Counted from the first letter of the stretch, positions 10,357-20,572 are shown. The stretch is DNA of 56,357 nucleotides from Candidatus Nomurabacteria bacterium GW2011_GWA2_40_9 (GCA_000993955.1 LBZW01000006.1:1-56357), one strand, 5' to 3'. Made by a program: numbers and translations. Notes: generated from the letters alone by a model not told the origin.

Positions 10357-11697
10357 TTAAAGAGTGATTGTTTTAACGAATGTATTGCCATAAGAATCAT
10401 TAGAAGCAACTCCAATCGTATCGATATCATTGCTATGAATGGCATTTTCATCAAAGATATAATACCAACGTGTTAGAGAGGGATCAAAATTAAAATTGTC
10501 ATGAATAAACCGTCCGGACTTTGTTTTTACAGATAAAAAGGGCTGCGGCCCAAAGACTTTCCCCTTCTTTGTTTCTACTTTTAATATAAGCTCGTTAGAA
10601 ACATTTTCTAGAGTGGTATTCAGTTCTAGTTTTTCTCCAGAGAACTCTGGTCCATAGACCACATTTTTAAAAGCATTGACCGCTCCACTAAATTTAAATT
10701 GCACATCTGGAAATTTTTGAGATGCAATTTTTATCTTTTCTCTAACGCTATTGATTTCAGGACACATATCTCGAAAATCATGATTATTAAAAGCTAATAG
10801 TGTAGGTTTTCCAGTATGCGCACGATGGAAAGCTTTTTCTACTTCTTCTTGTGTTAATTCTCTACCTCTCATATTAATATCAATACATCTGGCAATCCAT
10901 CTCTTACAATTTCCAGGTATTTGCCAGCTATCAATGCTCGGCTGATAAACAGACCAATCGTCCGGCGCTAATCTCCAGTCTCCTGAACGACCATTCCGAA
11001 TATCCAAGTGCGATTGCAGTAAATGATCTGCGGAATGAAAAGCCCAATTCGTAAAATCAAAAGGAATCCATTGCTCAAAGAAAAGATGACTATCTGGCCT
11101 CTCTGCCTGAAACCCAGCTCGAACCGCCGCTGGAAATGTTTGTCGTTCAATAATCTTACGACAAAGCACCTGATACAAATGAGGAGAATTGACATAACTA
11201 GTCGCATTTTTGTGTGCTTCTTTATATATCGGCATAGGGTGAAAATGCCAATGCACTTCATCTTGAGATGATAAATACCTCTGCAGGGCTTCTTGATAAT
11301 AATCATAAATATTATGGTAACCCATATCCCTTTTTCGTGGATTATACTCATAGCCTACATGATCCAAGCAAAACCAATTATAAATCCATCCCCCTCCAAA
11401 AGAATCTAATATTTCTTTCCTAAAATGCTCAGACAAAATATTTTCAAGCATCTTATTAATTTTATCCCAATTATCATTATAACTCTGTAAGTGTGACGAA
11501 AAAGCCTCAGAAATCACAGATGTTTTATTTCCAAAATCAATTTCTTTATTTTGAATTTTTCTCAAATTACTTAGTGAAGGCTCTAAAAAAATTCCAAAGA
11601 TGCGTTTTATCCGCTCAAATGTGGCTGTTAAAGATTCATACAAAGGACCTTCTGTATCAATGCAATGGACTATATAAACTATTTTCTCTTGAGTAAT
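10357..11697 (-). CDS. Hypothetical protein with a NodB/CE4-like metal-binding signature; probable ATT start
   Basis: Frame is open upstream of TTG 11643 to a stop at 11712-11710 and adds IVYIVHCIDTEGPL; HWHFHP and NHDFRD motifs. Confidence 0.6.
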   Translation of the reverse strand: MTQEKIVYIVHCIDTEGPLYESLTATFERIKRIFGIFLEPSLSNLRKIQNKEIDFGNKTSVISEAFSSHLQSYNDNWDKINKMLENILSEHFRKEILDSFGGGWIYNWFCLDHVGYEYNPRKRDMGYHNIYDYYQEALQRYLSSQDEVHWHFHPMPIYKEAHKNATSYVNSPHLYQVLCRKIIERQTFPAAVRAGFQAERPDSHLFFEQWIPFDFTNWAFHSADHLLQSHLDIRNGRSGDWRLAPDDWSVYQPSIDSWQIPGNCKRWIARCIDINMRGRELTQEEVEKAFHRAHTGKPTLLAFNNHDFRDMCPEINSVREKIKIASQKFPDVQFKFSGAVNAFKNVVYGPEFSGEKLELNTTLENVSNELILKVETKKGKVFGPQPFLSVKTKSGRFIHDNFNFDPSLTRWYYIFDENAIHSNDIDTIGVASNDSYGNTFVKTITL

Positions 11698-11727
11698 AAA
11701 TCCCCCTTTTTATGTGAATTTTAAAAC

Positions 11728-12495
11728 CTATTTAAGAAAGACACTCAAAATATCCAAGTGGTATTCTAATCCCAAACCATTTTTAAATATCCTATTCCCA
11801 CTTAAATCCCTTTCAGTCCAAGATCGTATAGGATCTTTTTGTTTTGGAAGATCAAAAGGGAAAAAAACTCTTTCAAATTTCCATTTCTTTACCAGTGGAT
11901 GTGGCTTTAAAAATTTTGAAATACTCTGTTTAGAAAATAAATTGTAACAACGTTTCCATGGACCCGTATCATGACTATATCGGTATCTCACAAGCCGATC
12001 TACTCCATAATCATTAAATGCACTTATTATAAATATAACCCCTGTTTTTTTACAGACCCTAAAACATTCATTGAAAACTGTTTTAAAATCGTCACACCCT
12101 GAAAGGACCCCCAAGAATGTAACAAAATCAAATTCATGGCTTCCCAATTGATCCATATGGTTCGCATCCCCTAGAATATAAGTGCATTCCTTATTATGCT
12201 GTCTCCCTACCTTGATAAGCTCCTTGTCGATGTCAATACAGGTACACTCCATTTTTGGGAAACATTGCTTTATGTAATAAGCAAACACCCCCCTCCCCCC
12301 CCCCACATCTAATAATTTTTTTGTCTGGAGTTTCCCTTTTAAAAGTTTTTTTATTTTATCTGCAATTAACGTAAATAAAAACTTTGGCTTAGCTCTCTTA
12401 TCAAATTTTATATAAATATGAGTAAAATCAACAACAGAATTATAAAAAGAAAGCTTACCCATCTTTCGATTTTCTCTTAGTTTCGCCACCTTCAT
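11728..12495 (-). CDS. Class I SAM-dependent methyltransferase with an internal G10 tract
   Basis: LLDVGGGRG, CIDID, GDA, FDFV, VCKKTG. Confidence 0.88.
   Translation of the reverse strand: MKVAKLRENRKMGKLSFYNSVVDFTHIYIKFDKRAKPKFLFTLIADKIKKLLKGKLQTKKLLDVGGGRGVFAYYIKQCFPKMECTCIDIDKELIKVGRQHNKECTYILGDANHMDQLGSHEFDFVTFLGVLSGCDDFKTVFNECFRVCKKTGVIFIISAFNDYGVDRLVRYRYSHDTGPWKRCYNLFSKQSISKFLKPHPLVKKWKFERVFFPFDLPKQKDPIRSWTERDLSGNRIFKNGLGLEYHLDILSVFLK
12288..12304 (-). repeat. Homopolymer tract G10-A-G6 (coding strand)
   Basis: + strand C6 at 12288-12293, T, C10 at 12295-12304; encodes VGGGRGV. Confidence 0.95.
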
Positions 12496-13460
12496 CTCAG
12501 CCTCTCTTTAAATAAATTATCGATAAGAATCGTATGATCTTGCCTTGGTTGTTCTAATGCCGTAAAAGACTCTTTTTGAATCATATTCGATCGAAACCCA
12601 ATTTCAATACCTAATTTTTGCAATATTTTCAAGGTGTCTTGGTTGTAAGAATTGTTTGGGTGAGCCATAATAATAGATTTTTTACCTAAAAGTTTTACGA
12701 GCAATTCATCATTGAACGTGTATTCTCGTTTTTGCTCATCGAAAGAGAGAGTTCCCATCTGCGTTGGATGTGAATGTCCGTGTAAACCAATGATATGGCC
12801 CTCATCTGACAGTTTTTTTAATTCTGGCATCCCCATCCAAATTTTTTTGAGCGTCTTGTCTACATCAAAATCTTTTTGCATCATCAGTTGACTCATTAAG
12901 AGATGATACTGGAATGATGTAAGCACTTTATCACGTATATATCTGTATTTTCGATCATTATAAGTATAAAAATGAAACTCGTTGAGATAAGAAGAAAAAT
13001 TAAAATGATGAAGTGTGTTTTCAATGGCTTCAAAAAATGGCTGTTTTGAAAGTGCAAAAAAGAAAGCCTTATAGAAATCTTCTATGGTTTTAAAACACGT
13101 ATTACGAAAATATCTATATAATTCAAGATGTTCAATTTCTCCGTTTAGGCTCACTGTATTCACAAACCAAAAAGCGCGCATTCCAAATCTTTGTAAAATA
13201 GGATATGCAATATCATATTGCGACAAAAGACCATGGTCGAACGTAATACAAATATCTGACGAACAAAGACGGCCCTTCCGAAATTTATCTATCCATTCTT
13301 CCGGTTGGATAACTGAAGAACGGATAGATTCAAATAACAATAAACATTGCTCTTGCGTGATAGATCCCTGGCTAGGCGGATGAATTTCATTATGAAAATA
13401 ATGAAACATAATTCCATGAGCATATGGATACGCTGAAAGGTATTTTTTAAACGCCTTCAT
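12492..13460 (-). CDS. Polysaccharide deacetylase (CE4/NodB)
   Basis: IMFHYF, ITFDHG (DH in place of DD), IGLHGHSHP, MAHPNNSY. Confidence 0.85.
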   Translation of the reverse strand: MKAFKKYLSAYPYAHGIMFHYFHNEIHPPSQGSITQEQCLLLFESIRSSVIQPEEWIDKFRKGRLCSSDICITFDHGLLSQYDIAYPILQRFGMRAFWFVNTVSLNGEIEHLELYRYFRNTCFKTIEDFYKAFFFALSKQPFFEAIENTLHHFNFSSYLNEFHFYTYNDRKYRYIRDKVLTSFQYHLLMSQLMMQKDFDVDKTLKKIWMGMPELKKLSDEGHIIGLHGHSHPTQMGTLSFDEQKREYTFNDELLVKLLGKKSIIMAHPNNSYNQDTLKILQKLGIEIGFRSNMIQKESFTALEQPRQDHTILIDNLFKERLR

Positions 13461-14442
13461 TTATAAAATAGGATCATTTTGATTAAAGTTCTTTTTAGCT
13501 GGTATATTTATCATATTCCAAATATTATTGGCTAAGCAATGAGCTTCCGGACGTTTACATATCATATCATCCAACGATAATAATTTTCCTTTAGGAATAT
13601 ACCGTTTAGCATACACGCCCTTGCGTACCATTTTTTTATTTTTAATTTCAACAGGTGTAGGTTTCTTCTTCCCATTTCCAAGAGCGCGCTCAATAATTCG
13701 AATGGATCGCACCATATCTAGAAATTCTTTAGGCTCTAAAGAAGCCTCATGATCTGGGCCAGGAAGATTATTATCTAATGTAAGATGTTTTTCAATAACC
13801 CTAGCTCCTAGCTGGATATTCTGATACACAATGAAGTAGCACAACCTTCTCCTCTAATATTTTTCTGACTTTAGATTTTGAATATATTTTCTTCAATTGC
13901 TTTAAGGTAGGAATCTTTTTTGCCTTCAAATATCCAAAGGCAATAATTTTCAAAGCTCTCTTAATTTCTTTAAGCGTACTCATTCCTGTGGATAAAAGCA
14001 TAGGCTTTTGAGTTCTGGCCGCACATAACAAAAGATGATCGTGCGTTAACTCACCAGATGCCACTTTAATAAGAGGCATCTTAAATTTTTGGACCAAATA
14101 ACTTAAACTTTTGATATCAAAAGGGGTAGATAAAAATAAAATATTTCTCTTGTTACAATAGTTCACTATTTTCTCATGCATAGAAGCAGTCAGTTCTAAT
14201 CGCTTTAACATCTCATATTGAGTTAATGAGGATTCTTTTTTTCTCTGATAAAGTACTTTAGGCGCCTCTGGAACCACCAGATCGTCTGTATAAAAAGATT
14301 GAAATTTAATAGCATCCGCACCTGCTGTTTTTGCAGCATCAATAAGTTTAAACGCCATACTTAATGAACCATTATGGTTCACTCCTGCCTCAGCGATAAT
14401 AAATACTTTGTGTCTCAGAGTTTTTTCTATATAAGGCTGCAT
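13461..14442 (-). pseudogene. neuB: NeuB/LegI nonulosonate synthase with an internal deletion and frameshift at about 13810
   Basis: IIAEAGVNHNG, STPFD, KVASGE, LSTGM and LHCVSEYPA are joined out of frame to LGARVIEKHLTLD..GPDHEAS and the SAF domain; the NL..GxSDH segment is absent. Confidence 0.85.
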
Positions 14443-14510
14443 AAAAGTTGTATCTAGCTTAAAATCAATTAAACTTCTAGCATTAAAAAATGCTCTCAAC
14501 TAATCCGAAT

Positions 14511-14560
14511 TTGACTGTTGCTATCTACGACAAATATAGTAAAAATTTGAGAAAGGTCAA
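14511..14560. promoter_or_regulatory. Putative overlapping divergent sigma70 promoters
   Basis: + strand TTGACT(14511)-N18-TATAGT; - strand TTGACC(14560)-N16-TATATT; lies between divergent operons. Confidence 0.45.
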
Positions 14561-14595
14561 CTAACATAACTATATTTATGAGATAAAAATTACCT

Positions 14596-15399
14596 ATGCA
14601 GGCCACATACCGAAATAAGAATATCAATGAATATTGGCATGACCGGTGGGATCAGATCCCTATTGATTCGGTAATGAAAAATGAAAACATCTACCCACTG
14701 AAGTACGCAAACATGACCATTCAATCCCAGCAGGGAAGAATTTTAGAACTGGGCTGTGGACCTGGACGATTGCTGAGGTATTATAAAAATCGCGGATATA
14801 ATATTGTGGGAGTAGACTTTGTAGAAGCAATCATTGACAGATTAAAAAAAACAGACCCTGAATTACAGGTAGAAGCTGGAAATGCACAACGTCTTCATTT
14901 TAATGATAAATCTTTTCGTTATGTCTTGGCCTTTGGTATATATCACAATTTATTAGAAGATAGTTTAAAACATGCCATACAAGAAACCTTTCGAATTCTC
15001 GAACCTGGAGGAAAAGTATGTGCTTCTTTTCGAGCCGATAATTTCCAAAAAAAAATAATGGATCGGCTTTCAAAAAAACAAACCACTCATCAGCATGAAA
15101 ACAACACAATAAAAATATTTCATAAATTAAATCTTACTCGGCCTGAATGTATAACACTCTTTAAAGAAGCTGGATTTGAAGTGGAAAATATTTTCCCAGT
15201 AGAAAACATGTCTTTTCTTTATAAATTTTCTTGTTTTCGATCGAAATCTCAAAAATTATTTGATGAACATATCGCCAGAGAAGAAGGATATACACTGTCC
15301 TTTTTAGGTCAGACGATCCAGAAGTTTTTAATGAAACTTTTCCCTAATACATTTTGCAATGTCTATGTGTTAATTGCTAAAAAGAAAGAGATCTCATGA
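14596..15399 (+). CDS. Class I SAM-dependent methyltransferase (candidate phosphoramidate O-methyltransferase)
   Basis: ILELGCGPG, GVDF, GNA, RILEPGG; first gene of the operon, overlapping the kinase gene. Confidence 0.85.
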   Translation: MQATYRNKNINEYWHDRWDQIPIDSVMKNENIYPLKYANMTIQSQQGRILELGCGPGRLLRYYKNRGYNIVGVDFVEAIIDRLKKTDPELQVEAGNAQRLHFNDKSFRYVLAFGIYHNLLEDSLKHAIQETFRILEPGGKVCASFRADNFQKKIMDRLSKKQTTHQHENNTIKIFHKLNLTRPECITLFKEAGFEVENIFPVENMSFLYKFSCFRSKSQKLFDEHIAREEGYTLSFLGQTIQKFLMKLFPNTFCNVYVLIAKKKEIS

Positions 15400-18300
15400 A
15401 TCATTCTTTTCAGGAAGATCAACCAAATAAGATAATCCCATTAAAGGCCATTATCTTAGGTGCAAATCGAGGCATTCGTCGTTTAGACAGTACAAAAAGT
15501 TACCCTCATGCTCTTGGAAAAGGTATCTTTGGAAAATCCGTTTTAGATTGGCAATTATCTTCATTCAAGGCTTGTGGAATTAAAGACATTGTCTTTGTGG
15601 GAGGATATCATTTAGAAAAAATAATCGCAAAATATCCAGGCTTAAACTATTATTTCAATCCTAAGTGGGATTCTTCTGGCTCACTTTTTTCTCTCTTTTG
15701 TGCTCGGGAGGAGTTAACAGAGCCTTGCCTGATCATTTATTCTGACGTTGTTTTTCGACTGAATGTCCTTCAACAATTTATAGCCTGTTCCCAAAATAAT
15801 AAGATTATAATAGGCATCGATCGATCCCCTGATACCGACCTAAGAGAAATGTACAAATCCGAACATATCGAAAGCGTCCAACTGTCACATGAAAATTTAG
15901 TCAAAATAGGCCCACAGATGAATTCCCTTGGAAAAGAAGATGGATTATTCACCGGACTTTGTTTTCTCCCACAACCTATTGTCTCTCAATTAAAAGAAAA
16001 ATTTACCTCCCCCCAATGGATTAACTCACCCCATATTAAAAAATTAAATTTTTCAGATATGTTACAAGAATTACTCAAAGAAGGAAAAAACTTCCAGACA
16101 TATAATATCTCTCAAGACTGGGCTAAGATTCAAAATCCCTTTAGCTTAGCAAGATTTATTTTTGGAACGAAAGCTCAAACCTTGGAAAGATTACGTCAGG
16201 TTATCAAAGGGGCTACCATTCTGGATCAGATTCGCTTTAGTGTGGAGGATTGGACCCACCAGCCAGAAAACATTTTAAATAAAATACAAAAAAAGCTTTC
16301 CTCCAATCAAGTAATTATTCGAAGCAGCGCCTCAAGCGAAGACACATGGGAGTCTTCGAATGCAGGACTTTTTTATAGTGAAAAAACCGTAGACATCAAC
16401 AATAGAGATTTACTACACCAAGGGATTGAACGTGTCATTTCGAGTTTTCAGGCTGCTACGGGCGAACACAACTTAGACCAAGTTTTTGTTCAACCCTATA
16501 TTTCTAATTTAAAAATGTCTGGTGTTATATTCACTAGAGAGCTTGAAAGTGGAGCCCCTTATATCATCATTAATTACTCTTCACATCCTGATAAAACAGA
16601 TGTCATCACTTCTGGATGGAGTGACAATGTTCAAACATTTATTGTATATAAATATACGGACTTTAAAGGTACAGATCCAAATATTATTCAATTACTAAAA
16701 TTAGTTAAAGAATTAGAACAATCCACTAATCTTGATTCCCTTGATATTGAATTTGCTATTGATCAACATGATGACTGTTTTTTATTTCAAGCCAGACCTT
16801 TAGTTTTGCCCTTAATTCGAAAAAAATTTAATGATAAAGATTTTGTTTTAGAAAAAAATTCAATAAAAACATTTATTAATAATCTCATGCAACGTCGTCC
16901 TTATTTATTTGGAGAAAAAACAATTCTCGGGAACATGCCTGATTGGAATCCTGCAGAAATGATTGGCACCGCTCCGAGACCTTTGGCCTTAACGCTGTAT
17001 CAATATCTTATTACAGATAAAGTATGGGGGGAAAGCCGCCAATGTCTGGGATATAAAGATACATACCCAGAACCCCTAATGATCTCATTAGCAGGAAAAC
17101 CTTACATAGATATCCGAACGAGTTTGAACTCTTTTCTCCCAAAGGAACTTTCTCTTGAAGTTTCCGAAAGATTAATTAATTATTATTTAGAACGCTTACA
17201 ACGGTATCCCAATTTTTTTGATAAACTTGAATTTGAAGTCGCCATTACTTGCTTGAGTTTTGATTTTGATAAGCATGCAAGAAATCTTACAGAATCCGGA
17301 TTTCAAAAATCTTCCATTGATGAAATTAAAACATCTGTCTTAAAGTTAACCAACAACATTTTAAATGAAACCTCGATAAACTTAGATCATCAATTACAGC
17401 AACTAGAGATCCTCACCAAAAGAAGAGAGAATATTTTATCTCTCAAAAATATTAGTGCCTCAGAAATACTCAAGGGCATCCATAACCTTTTAGATGATTG
17501 CATACGATATGGAACATTGCCCTTTTCTAACTTAGCCAGGTGTGCCTTCATTTCGACCGCATTTCTAAAATCGCTTCATAGCATCAAAATCTTATCACAA
17601 GCTGACTATGATCTTTTTTTACAATCCATTCCCACCATAGCTTCCGAGATATCTGAAGACATGACACGTATGGTTCATGGAAGCCTATCCATGAAAGATT
17701 TCTTAAATCGTTATGGTCATTTGAGACCTGGGACCTATGACATCCTTTCACCAAGGTATGATGAATCTCCTGAAATTTATTTTCCAAATATTATCCAAAC
17801 CAACTCTCTTCAAGAAAAACGAAACCCCATAAAAACAGAAAGAGATGCAAAGGAAATAATTTTGGAAAAACGCCCTGCACTTAATGCTTTGCTCAAACAA
17901 CATGGAATAACCTGCTCATCTGAACAATTAGTGTATTTTATGGTAAAAAGTATCCAAGCTAGAGAATATGCTAAGTTTGAGTTTACAAAGAATATCAGTG
18001 TCGTCTTACAGAAATTAAGCCAATTTGGAGAAATAAATAATATGTCCATAGATGATATGTCATTTACTTCTATATATTATTTACTTTCACTTTCAACCAG
18101 TAATCCTCCAAGTGATATAAAAAGAGATCTTAAGATGCATGCAAGACGGCATATGAAACAATATGCCCTTACCCAATCAATACAATTGCCATCACTCATT
18201 TATTCATCTGATGATTTAGATTATTTTTACCACAAGGAAATGCAGCCAAATTTTATAACATCAAAGAAAGTCACCGCAGACCTCTTAAAGTTAGATAAAC

Positions 18301-18560
18301 TGACTCACGAAAAATTGGATCTTACAGACAAGATTATATGTATTGAAAATGCTGATCCTGGTTATGACTGGATTTTTGGATATAAGATCGCTGGTCTTGT
18401 GACTAAGTATGGAGGCATTGCATCACACATGTCCATTAGAGCAGCAGAATTTGGCTTACCTGCGGCCATTGGTTGTGGAGATGTCATTTTCCAAAAAATA
18501 TTGCATTCCACAAAAATAGAGTTAAATTGTGCTACTCGGCAAATTCATTTTGTGAAATAA
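15396..18560 (+). CDS. Nucleotidyltransferase-like domain fused to a Cj1418-type L-glutamine kinase (PEP-utiliser/PPDK fold)
   Basis: aa 1-255: AIILGA, VGGY, IIYSDVVF. From aa 256: FGTKAQTL, IIRSS..EDTWESSNAG, MPDWNPAEMIG, GHLRPGTYDILSPRYDE, ADPGYDW, phospho-His motif YGGIASHMSIRAAE. Confidence 0.9.
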   Translation: MNHSFQEDQPNKIIPLKAIILGANRGIRRLDSTKSYPHALGKGIFGKSVLDWQLSSFKACGIKDIVFVGGYHLEKIIAKYPGLNYYFNPKWDSSGSLFSLFCAREELTEPCLIIYSDVVFRLNVLQQFIACSQNNKIIIGIDRSPDTDLREMYKSEHIESVQLSHENLVKIGPQMNSLGKEDGLFTGLCFLPQPIVSQLKEKFTSPQWINSPHIKKLNFSDMLQELLKEGKNFQTYNISQDWAKIQNPFSLARFIFGTKAQTLERLRQVIKGATILDQIRFSVEDWTHQPENILNKIQKKLSSNQVIIRSSASSEDTWESSNAGLFYSEKTVDINNRDLLHQGIERVISSFQAATGEHNLDQVFVQPYISNLKMSGVIFTRELESGAPYIIINYSSHPDKTDVITSGWSDNVQTFIVYKYTDFKGTDPNIIQLLKLVKELEQSTNLDSLDIEFAIDQHDDCFLFQARPLVLPLIRKKFNDKDFVLEKNSIKTFINNLMQRRPYLFGEKTILGNMPDWNPAEMIGTAPRPLALTLYQYLITDKVWGESRQCLGYKDTYPEPLMISLAGKPYIDIRTSLNSFLPKELSLEVSERLINYYLERLQRYPNFFDKLEFEVAITCLSFDFDKHARNLTESGFQKSSIDEIKTSVLKLTNNILNETSINLDHQLQQLEILTKRRENILSLKNISASEILKGIHNLLDDCIRYGTLPFSNLARCAFISTAFLKSLHSIKILSQADYDLFLQSIPTIASEISEDMTRMVHGSLSMKDFLNRYGHLRPGTYDILSPRYDESPEIYFPNIIQTNSLQEKRNPIKTERDAKEIILEKRPALNALLKQHGITCSSEQLVYFMVKSIQAREYAKFEFTKNISVVLQKLSQFGEINNMSIDDMSFTSIYYLLSLSTSNPPSDIKRDLKMHARRHMKQYALTQSIQLPSLIYSSDDLDYFYHKEMQPNFITSKKVTADLLKLDKLTHEKLDLTDKIICIENADPGYDWIFGYKIAGLVTKYGGIASHMSIRAAEFGLPAAIGCGDVIFQKILHSTKIELNCATRQIHFVK

Positions 18561-18562
18561 AT

Positions 18563-19222
18563 ATGAAAATAGGCATTTCCATGCGAACAGCTCCCATTCT
18601 ACAAACTCGTGAAAATCACGATATGATTAGTCATGATTGGCTAAATTTTTTACACTCCTTGCAATTTGAATGGGTACTTATTCCAAATCTTAAAAAACAA
18701 CCTCTTAAAGATAACATACAAGCATTAATATTGAGTAATGGGAATGACATCGGAATGTTTAATAATCGAGATAAAAGTTTTTTATCTGATGTTTCTTCTG
18801 AAAGAGATGAAACAGAGCTTCAGCTTCTTCAGCATGCCATTAAAAATAAACTACCTGTTCTTGGAGTGTGCCGTGGTATGCAATTTATTAATGGGTATTT
18901 TAATGGAGAACTTAAAAAAATCCATTCGCCTATGGAACATGCTGGATGTCACCATCAAATTGATATTATTGACAGCCGGTTTACCCCCGCGTTAGGCAAA
19001 GAACTCACAGTTAATTCTTTTCACAAATTTGGTGTCTTCACAGATCATATTTCAAATAATTTAAGAACATTTGCAGTCCATCGGCAACATAAAATCTGTG
19101 AAGGCCTTTATCATCCGGAGTTGCCTATAGTAGGAATTCAATGGCATCCAGAACGTCAAAGTTCAGATGGAGAAAAGGTTAAATTATTCATTAATAACTT
19201 TCTACGAGGTCATTTTTTTTGA
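18563..19222 (+). CDS. Class I glutamine amidotransferase (C26), gamma-glutamyl-CDP-amidate hydrolase (Cj1417)-like
   Basis: LILSNGND, ERDETE, LGVCRGMQ, VNSFH, GIQWHPER; ATG at 18563. Confidence 0.88.
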   Translation: MKIGISMRTAPILQTRENHDMISHDWLNFLHSLQFEWVLIPNLKKQPLKDNIQALILSNGNDIGMFNNRDKSFLSDVSSERDETELQLLQHAIKNKLPVLGVCRGMQFINGYFNGELKKIHSPMEHAGCHHQIDIIDSRFTPALGKELTVNSFHKFGVFTDHISNNLRTFAVHRQHKICEGLYHPELPIVGIQWHPERQSSDGEKVKLFINNFLRGHFF

Positions 19223-20022
19223 AACAACCCATAACACCTAAACTTATTATTTTAGCAGCCGGTGAAGGCAGCAGGTTAAAACCTTACACTCTTGATAAGC
19301 CCAAGTGTCTTGTTCCATTACATGGCAAAAGTATTCTCAGTTGGCAAGTTAGTTTGGCTCATCAATTTAATATTTATGACATTATTGTAGTTAAAGGTTA
19401 TAAACACGAAAAAATCCAGGAAAACCACATTCGAAGCTATATTAATACAGCTTATGATCACACAAATATGGTTGAAACACTCTGGTGCGCCCAAGAAGAG
19501 TTTAAAGAAGATATTATTATCTCGTATGGAGATATCTTATATAATGCAGATGTACTCTCAGCCTTAATACAGTCGCCTCATGATATTTCCGTTGTTATTG
19601 ACAAAGACTGGTTGCAGTACTGGAAGCAACGTTTTATAAATCCCTTAGAGGACGCTGAAAGTTTACATATAGATAGTTCAGGTAAAATACTAGAGATTGG
19701 TCAAAAAGTTAGCGATTACACAAAAATTCAAGGTCAATTTATTGGATTAATGCGATTTAAAAATAATGGCATTAAGGCTCTTAAAAATTTTTATATGCTA
19801 GCTAAAGAAGAGACAGGTTGTGGAAAAAAAATTTTTAGAACCCCTCGTCCTTTTCACAAGATTTTTATGACTGATTTTTTACAAGGCATGATTGATTTTG
19901 GATATCCTATACTTGAAGTCCCCATAAAAAGGAATTGGTTAGAAATTGATTCACCTTCAGACTATGATTTAGCTAAACAAATAACAATATCAGAAACTTC
20001 ACAGTTAAAATTTTTAAGCTGA
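19219..20022 (+). CDS. LicC-family nucleotidyltransferase, CTP:phosphoglutamine cytidylyltransferase (Cj1416)-like
   Basis: IILAAGEGSRLKPYT.DKPKCL, TNMVETL, SYGDI, W..RF.NPLEDAES, GQFIGL, WLEIDS; TTG start. Confidence 0.88.
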   Translation: MKQPITPKLIILAAGEGSRLKPYTLDKPKCLVPLHGKSILSWQVSLAHQFNIYDIIVVKGYKHEKIQENHIRSYINTAYDHTNMVETLWCAQEEFKEDIIISYGDILYNADVLSALIQSPHDISVVIDKDWLQYWKQRFINPLEDAESLHIDSSGKILEIGQKVSDYTKIQGQFIGLMRFKNNGIKALKNFYMLAKEETGCGKKIFRTPRPFHKIFMTDFLQGMIDFGYPILEVPIKRNWLEIDSPSDYDLAKQITISETSQLKFLS

Positions 20023-20051
20023 AGGGCTTCTGATCTCTAAGGTAGGCACCT

Positions 20052-20567
20052 ATGGTTTTATGGTTAATCGGAATGTCAGGCGCTGGAAAGACAGTAATTG
20101 GACGTGAAGTGTATGTTCAATTAAAAAAAACATATAAAAATATCATTTTTTTCGATGGGGATACTATTCGAGAACTCATGGGAAATGATTTAGGTTATAA
20201 CATTTCGGATAGGAAAAAAAATGCAAATAGAATATGTCGGCTTTGTCATTTCTTTGACGCACAAGGTATCCATGTCATCTGTGGTATCTTGTCAATTTTT
20301 CATGAATCTCAAAAATGGAATAAAGAAAACATTAAAGATTATTACGAGGTATATTTAAAAACTTCCCTTAAAATATTACAAATGAGAGATTCAAAAAATC
20401 TTTATAGGCAATCACAAAAAGGTGAGACACACCATGTTGTAGGCATGGACATTAAATTTCCCGAACCTTTAAACCCAGATCTTATCGTACACAATGACGG
20501 CGCAGACTCTGTAGAAGATATAGCTCAAACCATTATATCTAAACTCATTGAAAGAAAACTTATTTAG
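20052..20567 (+). CDS. APS-kinase-family P-loop kinase, cytidine diphosphoramidate kinase (Cj1415)-like
   Basis: WLIGMSGAGKT, DGDTIR, DRKKNA, RDSKNLY, VVGMDIKFPEP; position after the Cj1418/17/16 homologues. Confidence 0.85.
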   Translation: MVLWLIGMSGAGKTVIGREVYVQLKKTYKNIIFFDGDTIRELMGNDLGYNISDRKKNANRICRLCHFFDAQGIHVICGILSIFHESQKWNKENIKDYYEVYLKTSLKILQMRDSKNLYRQSQKGETHHVVGMDIKFPEPLNPDLIVHNDGADSVEDIAQTIISKLIERKLI

Positions 20568-20572
20568 ATAAA

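Noticed and set aside
13461..14499. Programmed ribosomal frameshift in neuB and the other split genes
   Set aside because: Conserved blocks are physically missing at the junctions, so recoding cannot restore the proteins.
15396..18560. PEP synthase, PPDK or rifampicin phosphotransferase
   Set aside because: It lacks the pyruvate-binding barrel, and MPDWNPAE and GHLRPGTY plus the neighbours fit the Cj1418 type.
20052..20567. cysC / sulfate assimilation
   Set aside because: It is APS-kinase family, but no ATP sulfurylase is nearby and it occupies the Cj1415 position; no gene symbol assigned.
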